In this document: positions 60,931-64,000 of the stretch, one piece after another
How positions within the stretch are numbered: the stretch's first letter is position 1
Layout: the number at the start of each line of letters is the position of its first letter
Position numbers and translations under genes: made by a program
The notes under the pieces: model-generated
The model's database searches: none
What the model saw: only the letters and a program-made list of their open reading frames with translations
Told to the model about the DNA's origin: nothing
DNA from: Stegostoma tigrinum
Lineage: Eukaryota
Assembly (NCBI RefSeq): GCF_030684315.1
Contig: NC_081358.1
Location: 48,714,116-48,778,115 of the forward strand
DNA length: 64,000 nucleotides
Direction: 5' to 3'

Positions 60931-62450
60931 CACTTGAAACGATAACAATCATACATTATGTAATATGGAAATAAGACCCCGGTACTTCCCTTGAATAGGT
61001 TCTGGGTTTTTAGGGAAGGAACAGCACTCCTAGCTGGTTTCATTGTCTCTTTAAGAAATGGAATAGTTTTTCACTTTTTGCAAGTGCCTTTGATGTTTGC
61101 TTGGAAAAACAGCCATCCTTGCAGCATTGCAGGTGTCATCAAATTCCTCAATGAAATTTTCACTACCTTAACAGTCATTGTCCTGTCCTCCTGTACAGCA
61201 AGGGTGCATGTTCTAAAGCACAGTTTTGTAGTTTGCAATAGATGAGAACTATTATGTAAACTATAGGACTGGACTAAACAGAGTAACTTCCATGTTCAGT
61301 CTGGACATTTAAAACCCTATTTGAAAATCCCAGTGATATGTCTACTAGTGTCAGCTAGGTCAAGTTTTCCATTGTGAACCCTAGTGATATTCCTAATTGT
61401 ACCTTACCAAACTCACCTCATTATTGACCTGCCCCACGCTGTGGAGCCCCCCACATTGAAATCTCAGCTCATTTACCACATGCCACTCTCAGAACAACTT
61501 ACCACTCAATAAATACCCGCATAAAGACTGGCATTGCTTGTGCCTGAGACATCTCAAAAAGGCTACAGTGTACCTGGACAACAGTTGCCAATCTGACCTT
61601 ACCTTCACCAGAAATGTCATGGCACAGCATCCATCAACAGGTTGATGGATGCCATGGCTGACACTTGCTCACACATACTGGAGTCACTGTTTAGCCATCA
61701 AGCCATACAGTTTTCTTGTCCGTAGCTGCATTCCATTGAAACACACTGTCTAAATCACCATGACTGTCCCAATCCCCACTACAGAACTGTATCTTGTCAT
61801 TGTCCAGCAGGACAATATTACATGCAGGCAAGCAATTGGACAAATCCACAGATAAACTTTTATTTACAACCAGAAAAGTAAACACAATCAAAATAAGAAG
61901 AGCTTGACCCCATTATGTGAACCAAATCCAGGCATGATGACCAAAGACTATTTTACATGATGCACCCAGGTTTCATCGATTGGAGCTGGGCCCTTTCTAA
62001 CTTGTAGACCCAATGCCTCCCCTTCAGAGGACAGTTCCTATTCTGTGGCTTCCAACCATTTATCACTTGGCATTGTTATCTGAGCCAGTTGTATACAGCA
62101 CAGCGCATCAGGATGATGCAGCACCCTGTGCCTGAACAACTCCTTCCCCAGACCGGTCCGAGTACCATTTCCAACTCCCTGGATTGTAACTGGTCATATA
62201 TCCTGACTGTAACTGTCTCAAAACAAACAACTGGCTGCAGCCAAGCACTTGAACTGTGTGCATACTGTGCCCCCTGCTGATGATATGAGGACCCCTGGAT
62301 AGAGAGTGTACACCCCCCTATCTCCTCTCCCCCATCGCTGGTCTGAGGTCTAGCCTCCACCTACTTTCTGACATAGTCTTTTGTCAAATTAAGATTGCAA
62401 TGAGATGCAGCCTGGTCCAATTCATGAGCTGGGAATCTGTTCCTGCATGC

Positions 62451-63246
62451 TGTAGCCAGATTGGCCACTCATAATGGCAGAATCAGATAATACACCAAGC
62501 ATGCTGGGAAATCAAGCCAAGCATTGGCCAAAGTATCTGCAAAGATGCTGAAATAAACAAGCTGCAGAACCAGACAGGTGAGCTGCAGCTGCATGCAGCA
62601 CAATACAAAATTGACTAAGCGTATTTACCAGGACTTTAGGAAGCATCAAGCTGTTTCTGGAACAAACAGACACCTCACACTCTTAGCTGGGGAGTCTACG
62701 TGACTTACATGCCCCTGGCACTTTCAGAGATGGAGAACCAAAGACCACCTCACCATTCACAAGGCATTGCCTGATTGAGTCTGATCAATCAGGGTAATCG
62801 ATTCCTGATTGATCCATTGGTGGGATTTGAAAATTCTCCCAAAGGGGTGTGAGAGTTTCCAAGGACATGAATCACCACAGCAGCATCCTTGGGAACAGTA
62901 ACTCAAGACTAACCACCATAAGAAGAGGTGCCCCCTGGGACCACCAGGAGAGGACGACCAGAGAACTATCACCCACATGGATCAGGGCTAAGGTCCAGCA
63001 TGATGATGTTTGATCATTCCAAGTTAAGTTGAAGTACAAGATGTACAGATTTATCGTATTAATTATTAGTTTGCTAACTAACTGCCTTGCTGCTGCCTAG
63101 CATTAAATATTAGTTCGTAGCATAATCATTATTTTAGCATTAATTGTGTTATAACCAATAAAGATCATTTCATATTACTATTAAGAGTCAACTGACAGTC
63201 CTTTGTGGGATATACAGGCTAAACACACTGTATGGTGAGCGCAACA
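62451..63246 (+). mobile_element. Probable 5' LTR of an LTR retroelement
   Basis: Ends ...GCAACA 3 nt before a PBS, with AATAAA at 63157-63162. The 5' boundary (TGTAGCC) is a guess. Confidence 0.6.
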
Positions 63247-63249
63247 AAT

Positions 63250-63269
63250 TGGCTACCCAGATGGCACTC
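63250..63269 (+). promoter_or_regulatory. Primer-binding site complementary to a tRNA-Arg 3' end
   Basis: TGGCTACCCAGATGGCACTC vs expected TGGCGACCCAGATGGGACTC (18/20, tRNA sequence from memory). Confidence 0.72.
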
Positions 63270-63454
63270 AACAAGGAGTGACTTTGTCACTCTGAGATCA
63301 AACCCCATGGAACCTGATAGGCAAAATTTTTAGGGACTGAGTCCAACATGACGGCCAGGAATTGATATAAATCAAGAGGAAAAGAAAGGTCTACATTGGA
63401 CTGTTCTTTAAAGAACAAAGCCAACAGGCTTTATTCAAGCAAATGACAGTTTTG

Positions 63455-63726
63455 TTGTGTATATGTCTATGTGTTTGTGTGAGTGTCAGTACACGTGTGT
63501 GTGTTTGTGTGCGTGTGTCTGTACATGGGTGTGTGTGTGCGTGTCTGCCTGTATGTGGTGTGTTTGTTTGTGTGTGTGTATGTGTCTGTCTGTATTTGTG
63601 TGTACATGTGTGTGTCCGTATGAGTGTGTGTGCGTATGTCTGTTTATGTGTGTGTGTTTGTGTGTCTGTGTGTCTACATGTGTGTGTGCCTCTGTGTGTG
63701 TATGTGTGTATGCTTCTGTGTGTGTG
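63455..63726. repeat. Imperfect (TG)n microsatellite
   Basis: About 270 bp of interrupted GT dinucleotides. Confidence 0.97.
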
Positions 63727-64000
63727 GGATCCTTCATGAGATAGGTGAGGTAAAACACCAAAAGTCAGTAGATACCTGGTGGGATTAGGACTGAACATAG
63801 CCAAAGCCATACCCTCAATCCGATTCACCCCCCATACCTCTTAGTTTAATCAGAAATGGCAAGAAAAGGTGCCAGAGTAGAAGATTGTTCAGTATGGGGT
63901 AAAAAAGCTACGACAATACATCAGTCAGAAAAAGTGGCCCATTTGGGCAGAATTTTGCTGTAATGATGAAGTGGGACCAGGATCCCAAGGACAAAAACAT

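Noticed and set aside
63391-63828. His/Thr- and Cys/Val-rich ORFs
   Set aside because: Translations of the (TG)n microsatellite.

Overview
Vertebrate, repeat-dense non-coding DNA. It is almost certainly from a cartilaginous fish (shark or ray), given the HE1-type SINEs, abundant CR1 LINEs and several Penelope-like element (PLE) families. I could not support any intact host protein-coding gene, so this looks like a large intron or gene desert. The most notable item is a decayed endogenous foamy-virus (spumaretrovirus) env relic on the minus strand (~31883-34260). It retains a furin site, TM-subunit motifs and the membrane anchor, and is split by a young, apparently perfect 1076-bp zero-spacer PLE palindrome with a 15-bp target-site duplication (TSD). 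Other content: tail-out inverted PLE insertions from several families carrying minimal hammerhead ribozyme motifs, a PLE/Tx1 composite inside one TSD, two local inverted-repeat pairs, an RPS3 processed pseudogene, and a 5' LTR with a tRNA-Arg primer-binding site at the right edge. All alignments were done by eye against remembered sequences, no database searches were run, and boundaries of old repeats are approximate.
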